Shown: positions 10,327 to 20,720, numbered from the stretch's first letter. The stretch: 64,000 bases of DNA from an uncultured Candidatus Rokubacteria bacterium (GCA_963826115.1 CAWGVS010000001.1:1-64000); one strand, 5' to 3'. Numbers and translations: made by a program. The notes: generated by a model not told the origin, from the letters alone.

Positions 10327-10605
10327 TCAGGGCCGGGCGCGCTCCCGGATGGCGGCCACCAGGTCGCCCACCGTTTCGATCTTGGCGAGCCGGGATCCGC
10401 CCGCGCCGCCGAACACGGGCCCGAAGGTCTCGTCGCACGCGAGCATCAGCTCCAGGAGATCGATCGAGTCCAGCCAGAAGCCGCCGCCCGCGAGCCTCGT
10501 CTCCGGTCCGGGCCCGGGCGGCTGGCGGGTGGGCCCCGCGATCCGGGTCACGATGTCCAGCACGCGAGACAGGGTCGAGTCGGACGGCGCGGCCGCGGCG
10601 GGCAT
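10327..10605 (-). CDS. Acyl carrier protein (phosphopantetheine-binding)
   Basis: 92 aa; LDSIDLLELMLACDETFG and ETVGDLVAAI ACP motifs; C-terminal part of track ORF 10327..11133. Confidence 0.8.
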   Translation of the reverse strand: MPAAAAPSDSTLSRVLDIVTRIAGPTRQPPGPGPETRLAGGGFWLDSIDLLELMLACDETFGPVFGGAGGSRLAKIETVGDLVAAIRERARP

Positions 10606-10646
10606 CGCCGGGTATTGTAGGTCGCGAACCGGTCGTGCGGGAGAGG

Positions 10647-11525
10647 GTGGACCGCTGGAACCGGGTGAAGCGGCGCGCGCTTCCCGCCGCGATCCGGGTG
10701 CTGAGGCGGGTGCCATATCCCCTCGCCGAGGCCATCCTGGTCGGCGCCAGCCTGGGCCAGGCCGTCGCGAATCCCGCGCGCCTCCGCCGGGCGCGCGCGT
10801 GGGCAGCCGCCGGCGGCGCGGGACGCCGACGCGCCTGGGCGATCGCGATCGGCCTGCTCGTGCACCGGGGCCGCTCGCTCGCCGCATCGCCGCTCGCGGC
10901 CATCCTCGACCCGGACGGCCTTCGGCGCCGGCTGCGCTTCGACGGCCTCCCGCATCTGGAGGATGCGAGACGGCAGGGCGGGGTGCTGCTCCTCGGATTC
11001 CACGTCGGCCTGCCGCGGCTCGAGCGGAGCCTCCTCCTCCTGGGACACCGCGTGACGATCCTCGGCGAGGACGACGGGGTCGCCTGGCCCGCGCCGCCCG
11101 CCGCCTGGCGCGCGCTCGGCGCTCCGGCGCCAATGCACGTCTGGCGGCGCGACGCCGCGCAGTCGCGCGCAGATGCCCTGTACCGTCTGCGCGAGGCGGC
11201 CCGAGCGAGCGAGATCGTCATGCTGATGGGCGACTCGGGGCAGGGCCGCGTGGTCTTCGAGATCCCGCTGCCCGGCCGGGCCGTGGCGGTGCGGGCGGGG
11301 TGGTTCGCGCTGCGGCGGCTGACGCGCCTGCCGACGCTGCCGATCCTCGGGCATCGCGAGGGCGGACGGTGGGTGGTGACGGTCCATCCCGCACTGCCCG
11401 CTCCCCACGCGGACGAGCGCCACGACGCCGAGATCTGCCGCGACGTGCTGCGCCAGATCCTCGAGGACTTCGTGAGCCGCTTCCCCGACCAGTGTCTCCA
11501 CCTGGCGATGCGGGAGGACGACTAG
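10647..11525 (+). CDS. Lysophospholipid/lipid A (LpxL-like) acyltransferase family protein
   Basis: GLPHLEDARRQGGVLLLGFHVG, VMLMGD, LEDFVSRFPDQ; start codon approximate. Confidence 0.65.
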   Translation: MDRWNRVKRRALPAAIRVLRRVPYPLAEAILVGASLGQAVANPARLRRARAWAAAGGAGRRRAWAIAIGLLVHRGRSLAASPLAAILDPDGLRRRLRFDGLPHLEDARRQGGVLLLGFHVGLPRLERSLLLLGHRVTILGEDDGVAWPAPPAAWRALGAPAPMHVWRRDAAQSRADALYRLREAARASEIVMLMGDSGQGRVVFEIPLPGRAVAVRAGWFALRRLTRLPTLPILGHREGGRWVVTVHPALPAPHADERHDAEICRDVLRQILEDFVSRFPDQCLHLAMREDD

Positions 11526-11535
11526 GCCCAGGCCC

Positions 11536-13008
11536 TCATGCCGACCGGCCGTCCGGAGGACCCGGGCCGGCGCCCGCCGCCTGGAGGAGGGCGCGGCAGG
11601 CCTGACGGTCCGCTTTCCCTCCCGCCAGGCGCGGGAGCCGCTCCGTCACCAGCAGAACCTTGGGGTGAAGCCACGCCGGCAGCAACCGGTCGGCGGTGGC
11701 GCGCAGTGCGTCGACCCCGGGGGCGCCCTCGGCCTCCACCAGCACGCCCACCTCCGCGCCGCTCGGGCCGTGGACCGGGATGACCACCACCTCCGTGACA
11801 CCGGGATGGCTCGTCAGCGCCTGCACGATCTCCCCGGGATTGACGAGATAGCCCGACGCGGTCTTGAAGCAGTCATCGGCCCGGCCCGCCAGGGCGAGAT
11901 AGCCGGCGGCGTCGAGTGTCCCGACGTCCGCGGTCGACCACCATCCGTCCCGGTCGGCGGGCGGCGACAGGGCGGGTGGAAACCCGTACCCCTCCATGTA
12001 CCAGGGGCACCGGAACCAGACGCGTCCCAGCTGTCCGGCCGGCAGCGGCTGCCGGGGATCGTCGCCGATCCGCACCTCGACGCCCGGCGACGCGCGTCCG
12101 ACGCACTCGGGGCGGATCTCGTCGTCCGGCGACGTGTCGACGGTGATGAAGCCGCACTCCGTCTGTCCGTAATTCGGGCGCAGCCGGACACCGAAGCGCG
12201 CGGCGAAGGCGTGGAAGGTCCGCAGCGACAGCTTGCCCGCGCTGATGTGGCAGATCGGCGGCACCGCGACGCGCGGCTCCGTCGCCGGCACGCGCGTGAG
12301 GAGCTCCGCCATCAGCGGGGTCCCGGCCCAGTAGCCGTGGGAGTGGGACGCGAACAGCTCGAGCAGCGCGGCCGGCTCGAAGCGCTCGAGGAGCCCCAGC
12401 GTGGAGCCGAGCACCGTCGGCAGGAACAGCGCCTGTCCCAGGCCGTAGTGCGTCGAGAGCTGGAGCGAGCCGGCGACCGCGCAATCGCTCGCGAGCTTGC
12501 AGGCCTCGATGATCGCCGCCGTCTGCACGAGAAAGCTCCGCGTGCTGATGTAGACCGGCTTCGGCAATCCCGTGGAGCCCGAGGTGAAGTTCACGAAGCC
12601 GGGACAGGTCAGGAAGCCCGCTGGGTCGGCCCGAAACGGGCGCGGCTGGAGCTCGGGCAGGACGTGCGCACGGAGGCCGACGGCGGCCGCCTCCGGCGCC
12701 CGGGCGCCGAGCGACGGGGGCAGGAAGAGCGGCGTGCCCGCCGGCACCGCCGGCGCGCTCCGCCAGGCGCGAGGGTCCGCCGGGTACACGACGACCGGCA
12801 GCGGGAGGGTCGAGAGCGCGAAGAAGACGGCGATGGCCTCCGGGTGGTTCGCCATCGCCATCGCCGTCAGTCGGGCGGAGCGCGGCACGGCGGCGTGGAT
12901 CCGGTCGAGCCAGCCAGCCGAGAGCGCCGCGATCTCCTCCGACGGCCAGCGCCGGCGCTCGAACACGATCGACGGCGGACGATGCGCCGCCGGCGTCCCT
13001 GCCCTCAC
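11536..13008 (-). CDS. AMP-binding acyl-CoA/acyl-ACP synthetase
   Basis: FTSGSTGLPK, YGQTECG, TADVG, GRADD, LPRLAGGKADR. Confidence 0.85.
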   Translation of the reverse strand: MRAGTPAAHRPPSIVFERRRWPSEEIAALSAGWLDRIHAAVPRSARLTAMAMANHPEAIAVFFALSTLPLPVVVYPADPRAWRSAPAVPAGTPLFLPPSLGARAPEAAAVGLRAHVLPELQPRPFRADPAGFLTCPGFVNFTSGSTGLPKPVYISTRSFLVQTAAIIEACKLASDCAVAGSLQLSTHYGLGQALFLPTVLGSTLGLLERFEPAALLELFASHSHGYWAGTPLMAELLTRVPATEPRVAVPPICHISAGKLSLRTFHAFAARFGVRLRPNYGQTECGFITVDTSPDDEIRPECVGRASPGVEVRIGDDPRQPLPAGQLGRVWFRCPWYMEGYGFPPALSPPADRDGWWSTADVGTLDAAGYLALAGRADDCFKTASGYLVNPGEIVQALTSHPGVTEVVVIPVHGPSGAEVGVLVEAEGAPGVDALRATADRLLPAWLHPKVLLVTERLPRLAGGKADRQACRALLQAAGAGPGPPDGRSA

Positions 13009-13736
13009 CCGTCCCTCCCCTCAGCCCCGGCGGGCCGGGCTGGATCGACCTGCCGGCGGAGATATCCGCACGGGTTGTGCGTGACCAGATAGCGCTCGCG
13101 CGAGCGGTCGGCGGCGAACTCCGGATGCCGGCGCAGGAACGCCGTCACGGCCTCCATCGGCCCCGGCCCGAACGCGCGCTTCACCGGATGCCCGTTGACG
13201 TTGGTGTCCTCGACGATGAGGTAGCTGCCGGCGGTGACGAAGCCGTGGTACGCCTCGAGCTCGGCCCGGACGTGGGGCTCGTGGTGGTCGGAGTCCAGCA
13301 CGACCAGCACGGGGCCGCCCGCCTCGGCCACGCGCCGGCCCACGAGGGCGACCGTCTCCGGGGCCACCGACGAGCCGCGCACGTACTCGATCCGCGGGTG
13401 TCCCGGGCGGCCCTCCTCGACCGCGATGTCGACCGTCAGCACTCGGCCATGGCCCAGGAGGTCGCAGACCGACGCGAGGAAGAGCGCGGAGCCGCCGCGG
13501 TACGTACCTGTCTCGACGACCAGCGCCGGCCTGACCTCCCAGAGGATCTCCTGGTAGATCCAGAGATCCAGCGGGTTCTTCCAGAGTGGGACGCCGAGCC
13601 ACGACGTCCGGCCCCACGTCAGATCGGCGCGCGCGTAGAAGTAGTGGCTGAACGCGCGCGTGACCATGCCGCCCCAGGCGTGCCAGGCCGGCTTCGCGAG
13701 GCGCTTCGCGGCGGCGCGACCGGGGATGGGGCTCAT
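13005..13736 (-). CDS. CmcI family (cephalosporin hydroxylase/rhamnosyl O-methyltransferase-like) methyltransferase
   Basis: WLGVPLWKNPLDLWIYQEI, ETGTYRGGSA, VVLDSDH, YLIVEDT, THNPCGYL. Confidence 0.88.
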   Translation of the reverse strand: MSPIPGRAAAKRLAKPAWHAWGGMVTRAFSHYFYARADLTWGRTSWLGVPLWKNPLDLWIYQEILWEVRPALVVETGTYRGGSALFLASVCDLLGHGRVLTVDIAVEEGRPGHPRIEYVRGSSVAPETVALVGRRVAEAGGPVLVVLDSDHHEPHVRAELEAYHGFVTAGSYLIVEDTNVNGHPVKRAFGPGPMEAVTAFLRRHPEFAADRSRERYLVTHNPCGYLRRQVDPARPAGAEGRDG

Positions 13737-13758
13737 GCGGGCGGGACCCCGCGGGCGC

Positions 13759-14601
13759 TCAGAGCCGGTAGCACTGGACCGCGTTGAGCCCGAGGACGCG
13801 GTCGCGGGCGTCCCGCTCGAGCCCGGCCAGGAGCGCGTCGGCGGCGGCGACCCACTCCGCGTAGGAGGCGCGAAGGGTCACCACCGGCCAGTCGCTCCCG
13901 AAGATCATGCGGGCCGGCCCGAAGTGCTCCAGCAAGTGGTCGACGTAGGGCCGGAGCCGCTCGACCGACCACTCCGGGCCGTCCTCCGTCACGAGGCCGG
14001 AGAGCTTGACCCACGCCGTCGTCTCGCGCGCGAGCGCGGCCATGTGGGTCGCCCAGGGCTCCCGCGCGCCCTCGGCGATCGCCGGCTTCGCGCCGTGGTC
14101 GATCACCGCGCGAAGGCCGGGATGCCGCGCGAGGAGCCGCCGGAGGTTCGGCAGATGCGGCGGCCGGACCAGCGCGTCGAAGACCAGGTCCGCCGCCTCG
14201 ATCGCGCGGAGGCCGGACCCGACGGCATGGCCGAGCATCCAGTCGACGTCGGGGATGTCGTGGATCATCGGGCGGAGGCCCTTCAAGGCCGGCGTCCGCG
14301 CGAGCTCGGCGACCACGGCCGGCGCGTCGGGCGCGTCGAGCGGCGCCCAGCCCACCACGCCGGCCACCGACGGCGTCGCCGCCGCGAGGTCGAGGAGAAA
14401 GCGCGTCTCCGCGACCATCGGCGCCGCCTGGACGAGCACGGTCGCGTCGATTCCGGCGCGCGCGAGGAGCGGCGTCAGGTCGGCGGGACCGAAGTCGCGA
14501 TAGATCGGCCCCTTGGCCGGGGTCAGCCATCCGTAGTCGCCGCGCGCGAGGCGCCAGAAGTGCTGGTGGGCGTCCACGCGGCGCGGCCGGACCACGGTCA
14601 C
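13759..14601 (-). CDS. Amidohydrolase_2 family sugar lactonase (L-fuconolactonase-like)
   Basis: DAHQHFW, IDHGAKP, VKLSGL, FGSDWPV; GTG start coupled to the upstream stop. Confidence 0.85.
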   Translation of the reverse strand: MTVVRPRRVDAHQHFWRLARGDYGWLTPAKGPIYRDFGPADLTPLLARAGIDATVLVQAAPMVAETRFLLDLAAATPSVAGVVGWAPLDAPDAPAVVAELARTPALKGLRPMIHDIPDVDWMLGHAVGSGLRAIEAADLVFDALVRPPHLPNLRRLLARHPGLRAVIDHGAKPAIAEGAREPWATHMAALARETTAWVKLSGLVTEDGPEWSVERLRPYVDHLLEHFGPARMIFGSDWPVVTLRASYAEWVAAADALLAGLERDARDRVLGLNAVQCYRL

Positions 14602-15623
14602 GCCGGCGTGGGGGCGTCCGGCCGGAGGAGCCCTTCGGCCACGAGGTCGCGCCAGAGCGCCGGCGGGATCGGGCGGCCGAGGAGCCCGAGGTTCTGCTCG
14701 ACCTCGGACGGAGCGCGCGCGCCGGGGATGACGGCCGCCACCGCGGGATGGTGGAACGGGAACTGGAGGGCCGCGGCCGCGAGCGGCACGCCGTGGGCCG
14801 TCACGACGCGATCCAGCGCCCGGACGCGCTCCTGGATCTCGGGCGGCGCGGGCTGGTAATTGTACGTGGCGCCCGGGACCGCGCCGAGGGCGAGGATCCC
14901 CGAGTTGAACGGCCCGCCCACGATCACGCTGATCCCGCGGCGGACGCAGAGCGGGAGGAAGCTGTCGAGCGCGGTCTGCTCGAGGAGCGAGTAGCGCCCG
15001 GCGAGGAGGAAGCAGTCGAAGTCGGCGTCGCGGATCGAGCGCTCGAGGATCTGCCACTCGTTCGCGCCCACGCCGATCGCCCGGACGACGCCGGCGGCCC
15101 GGAGGTCGTGGAGCACCCGGTACGCCCCGTCCATCGCCTCCCGGTACCGGGCGGCATCCTCCGTGCCGTGCGTGACCGGCCCGATGTCGTGGATCAGCGC
15201 GACGTCGACCCGGTCGACGCCGAGCCGCTCGAGGCTCGCGGCCAGGGAGTCGCGCGCCGACGCGGCGGTGTAGTCGAACACCGGCGCGACGGGGGGCGTC
15301 TCCACGTACGCGCCGCCGGGCTCGGGCGGCCGCGGCACGAGGCGCCGGCCGACCTTGGTCGAGAGGACGAAGGCGTCGCGGGGCCGGCCCCGCAGCGCCG
15401 CGCCGATGCGCCGCTCGCTCAACCCGTGCCCGTAGAGCGGCGCCGTGTCGAAGTAGCGCACGCCGGCGGCCCAGGCCGCCTGCACCGTGTCGACGGCCAC
15501 CGTCTCGGGGATCGGGCGGAAGAGGTTGCCGAGAGGCGCCCCGCCGAACCCGAGCCGGGTCACCCGCACCGCCGTGCGCCCGAGCGGGCGCGTCTCGGCG
15601 GGGTCGATCGGGATCGGGCTCAT
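14598..15623 (-). CDS. Aldo/keto reductase (D-threo-aldose/L-fucose dehydrogenase-like)
   Basis: GFGGAPLGNL, FDTAPLYGHGLSE, STKVGR, LLAGRYSLLEQ, GGPFNSG. Confidence 0.88.
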   Translation of the reverse strand: MSPIPIDPAETRPLGRTAVRVTRLGFGGAPLGNLFRPIPETVAVDTVQAAWAAGVRYFDTAPLYGHGLSERRIGAALRGRPRDAFVLSTKVGRRLVPRPPEPGGAYVETPPVAPVFDYTAASARDSLAASLERLGVDRVDVALIHDIGPVTHGTEDAARYREAMDGAYRVLHDLRAAGVVRAIGVGANEWQILERSIRDADFDCFLLAGRYSLLEQTALDSFLPLCVRRGISVIVGGPFNSGILALGAVPGATYNYQPAPPEIQERVRALDRVVTAHGVPLAAAALQFPFHHPAVAAVIPGARAPSEVEQNLGLLGRPIPPALWRDLVAEGLLRPDAPTPA

Positions 15624-15627
15624 GGGC

Positions 15628-17208
15628 TCAGCGGCTCAGCACGCGGCCGGGCCGGCTGCCGGTGTGCCGGCCCTCGGCGATCACGGGCGCGCCGTTGACG
15701 AGGACCCAGGGCATGCCGCGCGGGTACCGGTGCGGCTCGGCGAAGGTGGCGAGGTCGGCGACGGCCGCGGGGTCGAACACCACGACGTCGGCGGCGGCGC
15801 CCGGCGCGAGGCGCCCGCGGTCGCGGAGGCCGAGCTTCTCTGCCGGTAGACCGGTCATCTTGCGGATCGCCTCCGGGAGCGACACCACGCCGCGCTCGCG
15901 GACGTAGTGGCCAAGGAACCGCGGGCACGTGCCGTAGTTCCGGGGATGGGGCTTGCCCGCGCCGTACGGCCCCTCCACCGCCCGGCACTCGCCGTCCGAG
16001 CCGATCATGACCCAGGGCTGACGGAGGCCGAGGGCGACGTTCTCCTCGCTCATCATGAAGAGGACGATGTCGGTGTCGCCTCGCGACTCCCGGAGGATCT
16101 CGATCGCCGCCTCGGCGGGCGTGACGCCGAGCGTGGTGGCCACATCCGCGAGCGTCCGCCCGTCGTACTCCGGCCGGGCCGGACATCCCGCGACGATGAT
16201 CCCGTCCCAGCCGGCGTCGCGCACCATCCCCGGTCCGTCGAGCTCCGCTCGGATGCGCGCGCGGTCGGCGGGGTCGTCGAGCCGCGCGAGGAGAGGCTCG
16301 CGGCCGCCCGCGTGCGCCCACGGCGCCAGGAGCGCGCTCAGCGTCGTGCTGCCCGCCACGTACGGGTACATGTCGGCGGTCACGTCGAGACCGCCGGCAC
16401 GCGCCTCCTCAATCACCTCGATCGCCCGCGCCATCCTCGGCCAGTTCGACCGGCCGGCGGCCTTCAGATGGCTGATCTCGACCGGCACGGACGCCCGTCG
16501 GCCAACCTCGATGGCCTCGGCGATCGCCTCGAGGAGCGTCGCGCTCTCGCCCCGGATGTGGCTCGCGTAGAGGCCCCCGCCTTCACCGGCGGCCCGGGCC
16601 AGGTCGACGATCTCGTCGGTGTCGCCGTACACGCCGGGCGCGTAGATCAGGCCGGTCGAGACGCCGAACGCCCCTTCGTCCACCGCGCGGCGGACCTCGG
16701 CCGCCATCGCCCGGCGCTGGTCGGCGGTGGCGCGCGCGTCGTCCGGGCCCATGACGAGAAGCCGCACCGTCCCGTGGCCCACCAGCGGCGCGACGTTGAT
16801 CGAGAGGCGCTCGCGCGTCAGGACGTCGAGGTAGCTCCGGAACGTCGTCCAGTTCCACGCGAGCGGCGGCACGGCGAGCCCCGTCGCGTCGATCACGTCC
16901 TGGCGCCGGGCCGGCGTCAGCGGGGCCGGGCTCGCGCCGCAGTTGCCGACGACCTGCAGCGTGAATCCCTGGTGGACCATGCTGTCGGCGGTCGGCAGCC
17001 CGGGCAGGACGAAGTCGGCGTGCGAGTGCATGTCGATGAACCCGGGCGCGACGACGTGGCCCGTAGCGTCGATCACCCGAGCCGCGACCGCGTCGGGCAG
17101 GAGGTCGACGGCCTCGACGCGGTCCCGCGCGATCGCCACGTCGGCCCGACGGGCAGGCCCGCCGGTGCCGTCGATCACGCTCCCGCCGCGGATCAGGACG
17201 TCGAGCAT
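15628..17208 (-). CDS. N-acyl-D-amino-acid deacylase (D-aminoacylase)
   Basis: PGFIDMHSHAD, GNCG, STGLIYAPG, SHIRGE, GSDG...HPRNYGT. Confidence 0.9.
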   Translation of the reverse strand: MLDVLIRGGSVIDGTGGPARRADVAIARDRVEAVDLLPDAVAARVIDATGHVVAPGFIDMHSHADFVLPGLPTADSMVHQGFTLQVVGNCGASPAPLTPARRQDVIDATGLAVPPLAWNWTTFRSYLDVLTRERLSINVAPLVGHGTVRLLVMGPDDARATADQRRAMAAEVRRAVDEGAFGVSTGLIYAPGVYGDTDEIVDLARAAGEGGGLYASHIRGESATLLEAIAEAIEVGRRASVPVEISHLKAAGRSNWPRMARAIEVIEEARAGGLDVTADMYPYVAGSTTLSALLAPWAHAGGREPLLARLDDPADRARIRAELDGPGMVRDAGWDGIIVAGCPARPEYDGRTLADVATTLGVTPAEAAIEILRESRGDTDIVLFMMSEENVALGLRQPWVMIGSDGECRAVEGPYGAGKPHPRNYGTCPRFLGHYVRERGVVSLPEAIRKMTGLPAEKLGLRDRGRLAPGAAADVVVFDPAAVADLATFAEPHRYPRGMPWVLVNGAPVIAEGRHTGSRPGRVLSR

Positions 17209-17223
17209 GGGCGCGTCGGCCGC

Positions 17224-18621
17224 TCAGGCCTCGGGCGGCCGGCGGAGATGCCACTCCGTCGCCTGTTCGTAGGCCCAGCCGATCCGGAGCGCGGCGGCCT
17301 CGCCGAGCGCGGGGGCGACGATCTGGAGCGAGGTGGGAAGCCCCCCGCGCGTGAGCCCGTTCGGCACCGCGAGCGCGGCGAGGCCGAGGTAGTTCGCCAT
17401 GCGCGTGAAGTACGCGGGGGTGATCGCCTGGTCCACCTCGGTGAGCGGGATCGCGGGCGTCCGGGTCGTCGGCGTCAGGAACGCGTCCAGGTCGGCCGTC
17501 GCCGCCGCGTAGGCGCGCTGGTCCTCGGCCTGCCGGCGGAGCGCCTCCAGGTACTCGTGGGCCGGCACATCGCGGCCCTGAAGAACGCGGGCCCGGACGG
17601 TCGGGTCGAGGGGAAGCGCGGGGTCCTCCGCGAGCGCGCCGAACACGTGGTACGCCTCGGGGGCGATGATCCGGCCCGCGCCCTCGACGTAGTCGCCGAA
17701 CGTCCCGGGCAGCCGGACCCGCTCGATCCGGGCGCCGAGACGCGCGAGCGCGTCGACCGCGCGGTCGTACGCCTCGAGGACCTCCGCGTCGGTCCCGGCG
17801 CGCTCGGCGTCCGGCAGGACGCCGAGGCGGAGGCCCGCCACGCCGCGGCGCAGCGACGGGAGCGGATCGACGGGCGGCTCGAGCCGCGTCCGGGGATCGT
17901 GGGGGTCCGGGCGCTGGAGCACGCGGAAGAGGAGCGCCGCGTCCTCGACCGACCGCGCCATCGGCCCCGGCGTGTCGAGGGTCGCCGAGAGCGGCAGGAC
18001 GCCGTGGGTCGAGATGCGGCCGACGGTCACCTTCAGCCCGACGATCCCGCAGTACGCCGCGGGCAGGCGCACCGAGCCGCCGGTGTCGGTGCCGATCGCG
18101 ATCGGGGCGAGCCCGGCGGCGACGGCCACGCCCGAGCCGCTCGACGAGCCGCCCGGCGTGCGGTGGACGCGGAGGTCCCAGGGGTTCCACGGCGTGCCGA
18201 GATGGGCGTTGGTCCCGTAGCCGCCCATCGCGAACTCGACCGTGTGCGTCTTGCCGAGCACGATCATCCCGGCCTCGACGACCTGGCGCGCGAGCGTCGC
18301 GGTCCCCGGCGAGATCCGGCCGGCCCGCGCCTTCGAGCCCCCGGTAGTGACGCGGCCCTCGAGGTCGACCAGGTCCTTCAGCGCGATCGGAATCCCGTGG
18401 AGCGGCCCGATCGCGTGACCCGAGCGCCGGGCGCGGTCGGCCGCCTCGGCGGCGAGCCGCGCGTCGTCGCGGTAGACGGCGATGAAGGCGTGGAGCGCCG
18501 GATCGCGACGCGCGATGCGGTCGAGACACGCCTCGACGAGCTCGACGGCCGAGAGCCGGCGGCTCGTCAGCGCGTCGGCCAGCTCGGCGACGGTCGCGCG
18601 CGTGAGATCGCCGACGCTCAT
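17224..18621 (-). CDS. Amidase (amidase signature/GatA-like family)
   Basis: LHGIPIALKDL, GGSSSGSG, GTDTGGSVRLPAA; ATG at 18621. Confidence 0.9.
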   Translation of the reverse strand: MSVGDLTRATVAELADALTSRRLSAVELVEACLDRIARRDPALHAFIAVYRDDARLAAEAADRARRSGHAIGPLHGIPIALKDLVDLEGRVTTGGSKARAGRISPGTATLARQVVEAGMIVLGKTHTVEFAMGGYGTNAHLGTPWNPWDLRVHRTPGGSSSGSGVAVAAGLAPIAIGTDTGGSVRLPAAYCGIVGLKVTVGRISTHGVLPLSATLDTPGPMARSVEDAALLFRVLQRPDPHDPRTRLEPPVDPLPSLRRGVAGLRLGVLPDAERAGTDAEVLEAYDRAVDALARLGARIERVRLPGTFGDYVEGAGRIIAPEAYHVFGALAEDPALPLDPTVRARVLQGRDVPAHEYLEALRRQAEDQRAYAAATADLDAFLTPTTRTPAIPLTEVDQAITPAYFTRMANYLGLAALAVPNGLTRGGLPTSLQIVAPALGEAAALRIGWAYEQATEWHLRRPPEA

Positions 18622-18762
18622 GGGGAGGCATGCTACCACGGCGCGCGCCCGCGCTCGCCCGCGCGTCACCCGCGCCACGCGCCCGCGGCGCTGTTGCGGG
18701 CCGCCCGCCGCCTGGGATAGCGTGGCCCGAGCCCGATCGACTCTCGCGCGAAGGAGGACTCC

Positions 18763-19122
18763 ATGCTGCGGAATGGACGCCGGTCTCGATCCATCGTCGT
18801 GTGTGCGCGCGCGCTGGCCCTGGCGGCCCTGGCCGCCGTTGCCGTCGGGTGCGGCAGCACGCTGAGCGGCCTCGAGTACGTCACCCAGCTGGGGCCGCTC
18901 GACAGCAACCCGAACAAGCTCGTCTTCGTCCCGTGCCCGGCAGGCACGAAGGTCACCGGCGGCGGCGCGTACATCTCCCCGCAGGTCAATCAGCTCGCGG
19001 TGATCCGGAGCGAGCCCGGCACCGGCGGGAACGGCTGGATCGCCCACGCCGGCGAGGTGGTCCCCTACGGCGGGGACTGGCGGGTCGGGGCCACCGCGAT
19101 CTGCACGAAGGTGGCCCCCTAG
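18763..19122 (+). CDS. Small lipoprotein, unknown function
   Basis: GGAGGA RBS; lipobox AVGC; CPAGTKVTGGG...AIC beta-domain pattern. Confidence 0.7.
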   Translation: MLRNGRRSRSIVVCARALALAALAAVAVGCGSTLSGLEYVTQLGPLDSNPNKLVFVPCPAGTKVTGGGAYISPQVNQLAVIRSEPGTGGNGWIAHAGEVVPYGGDWRVGATAICTKVAP

Positions 19123-19133
19123 CGGAGCGCGGT

Positions 19134-20091
19134 CTAGGCGGCGCCGTCCACGCGCGCCCGCCGCCAGGCCGCGGGCGAGACGCCCATGAGGCGCTTGAAC
19201 GCCCGGCTGAAGGCCGGCTCCGAGTCGTAGCCGACCTCCTCGGCGACGGCCGCCACCTTGGCGGTGCCCGACGCGAGGCGGCCCGCCGCGAGCTGCATCC
19301 GCCACTGGGCCAGGTACTGCATCGGGGGCTGGCCGACGAGGCCGGTGAAGCGGTCGGCGAAGGCCGAGCGGGACATGGCCACGCCGTCGGCCAGCTCGTC
19401 GAGGGTCCACGGGTGCGCCGGGTCGCCGTGGAGGAGGCCGAGCCCGCGGCCGACCACCTCGTCGCGGAGGCCGGCGAGCCACCCCTTCTGGCCGGTGGGG
19501 AGCGCCTCGAGGTAGCGCCGGACCACCTCGACGAACATCAGCTCGGCGAGACGCGTCAGCACGGAGTCGGCGCCCAGCCCGCCGCGCGCGCGACTCCTCG
19601 ACCACCTGGCGCGCGAACTCCTGACGCCACCCGCTGGAGAGCCCCGGCAGGTGGAGCTGGCGCGGCAGCGTCGCCAGCAGCGGGTTGAACGGACGCCGAT
19701 CGCACCCGAGGAAGCCGCAGACGAGCGACGCCGTCACCGGCCCGCGATCGCCGACCTCGACGGTCTCGGGATAGCGGCCGGGCACGGCCGCGACGCTCTC
19801 CGGCCCGAGCGCCGGGTCTCCCGACATGATGTGCGGATCGCCGTGCGGGAACACGATCACGTCGCCGGGCTCGAGCGCCACGGCCTGTCCGCCGACCAGC
19901 CGGGCCCAGCACTTGCCGCCGGTGAGGATGTGGTAGGGGATCAGGTGCTCGGCGCCCGGCAGGACCTGCGGCGTCAGCTCCCTCGCGGCGCCGGCCTCCA
20001 CGCTCCACGGCTCGTGGGCCTCCACGGCGTAGAAGAAGGCGCCGTCGAGCCGCACCGCGCGGAGCACGTCGGACAGGGGATCGGCGCTCAC
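19134..20091 (-). pseudogene. AraC family regulator with cupin domain, split by a one-base frameshift near 19578
   Basis: N-terminus DPLSDVLRAVRLDGAFF in one frame; HTH half (WTLDELA..MSRSAFA..VGYDSEPAFSRAFK) in another. Confidence 0.8.
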
Positions 20092-20300
20092 GGGACCTCG
20101 ATTGGCCTCAATGGACCGCTGCGAAATCGTTGACGCTGGCCCGCGGCCTGAGGCCATTCGGACGGCCGGCTAAGAAGCGCGGACGCGCGGTCATTCATCC
20201 TGCGACGCCCTCTCGGTAGCGTGGTCGCGTCGACACCGGAGCCGGGCCGAGCGAGCCAAGCGCCGCGCGGCCCACCGGGTCGAGAGAGGAGAGACGGCAC

Positions 20301-20615
20301 ATGAGCCCCGTCAGAAATGCTACACCCGGCCGGCGTCGCGCGACACCGCCCGGCACGACGCCGCCATCGAGCGGCGCGGCGGTCACCGATCGCCCGCGAG
20401 CCGCGCGGCCGGCGACCGACTTCGCGGTCACCGCGCGAACGCTCCAGCTCGTCGCCGAGTCGCTCGGCGAGATCGCCGGGCCGCGCGCCGGCGGGCCGGT
20501 CTTCGGCGCGGCCGCCGATCCCGGCAAGACCGTCCGCGCGGCACGGAGCCGCCGCTTCGGTCGCGGCGGCTCGGTGGATCTGCTAGCGTTGGCCGCGTAC
20601 CTTCCCCAGCGCTGA
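20301..20615 (+). CDS. Possible small hypothetical protein
   Basis: GAGGAG RBS before ATG; fills the gap before the FAD oxidase; no recognised motif. Confidence 0.3.
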   Translation: MSPVRNATPGRRRATPPGTTPPSSGAAVTDRPRAARPATDFAVTARTLQLVAESLGEIAGPRAGGPVFGAAADPGKTVRAARSRRFGRGGSVDLLALAAYLPQR

Positions 20616-20720
20616 TCGGGGAGGGCAACACTCCCGTCCCGATCGGGTGAACGGGACGCGGGGAGCGGTGTTCGAGAGGCGCCCGGGCCGAGGGTCGGCC
20701 GGGCGCCACAGGAGGAGACG

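Noticed and set aside
17224-20157. 977-aa cupin-amidase fusion ORF
   Set aside because: Artefact of the AraC frameshift. The middle is low-complexity shadow sequence overlapping the AraC HTH half and an opposite-strand lipoprotein, and the amidase has its own ATG at 18621.
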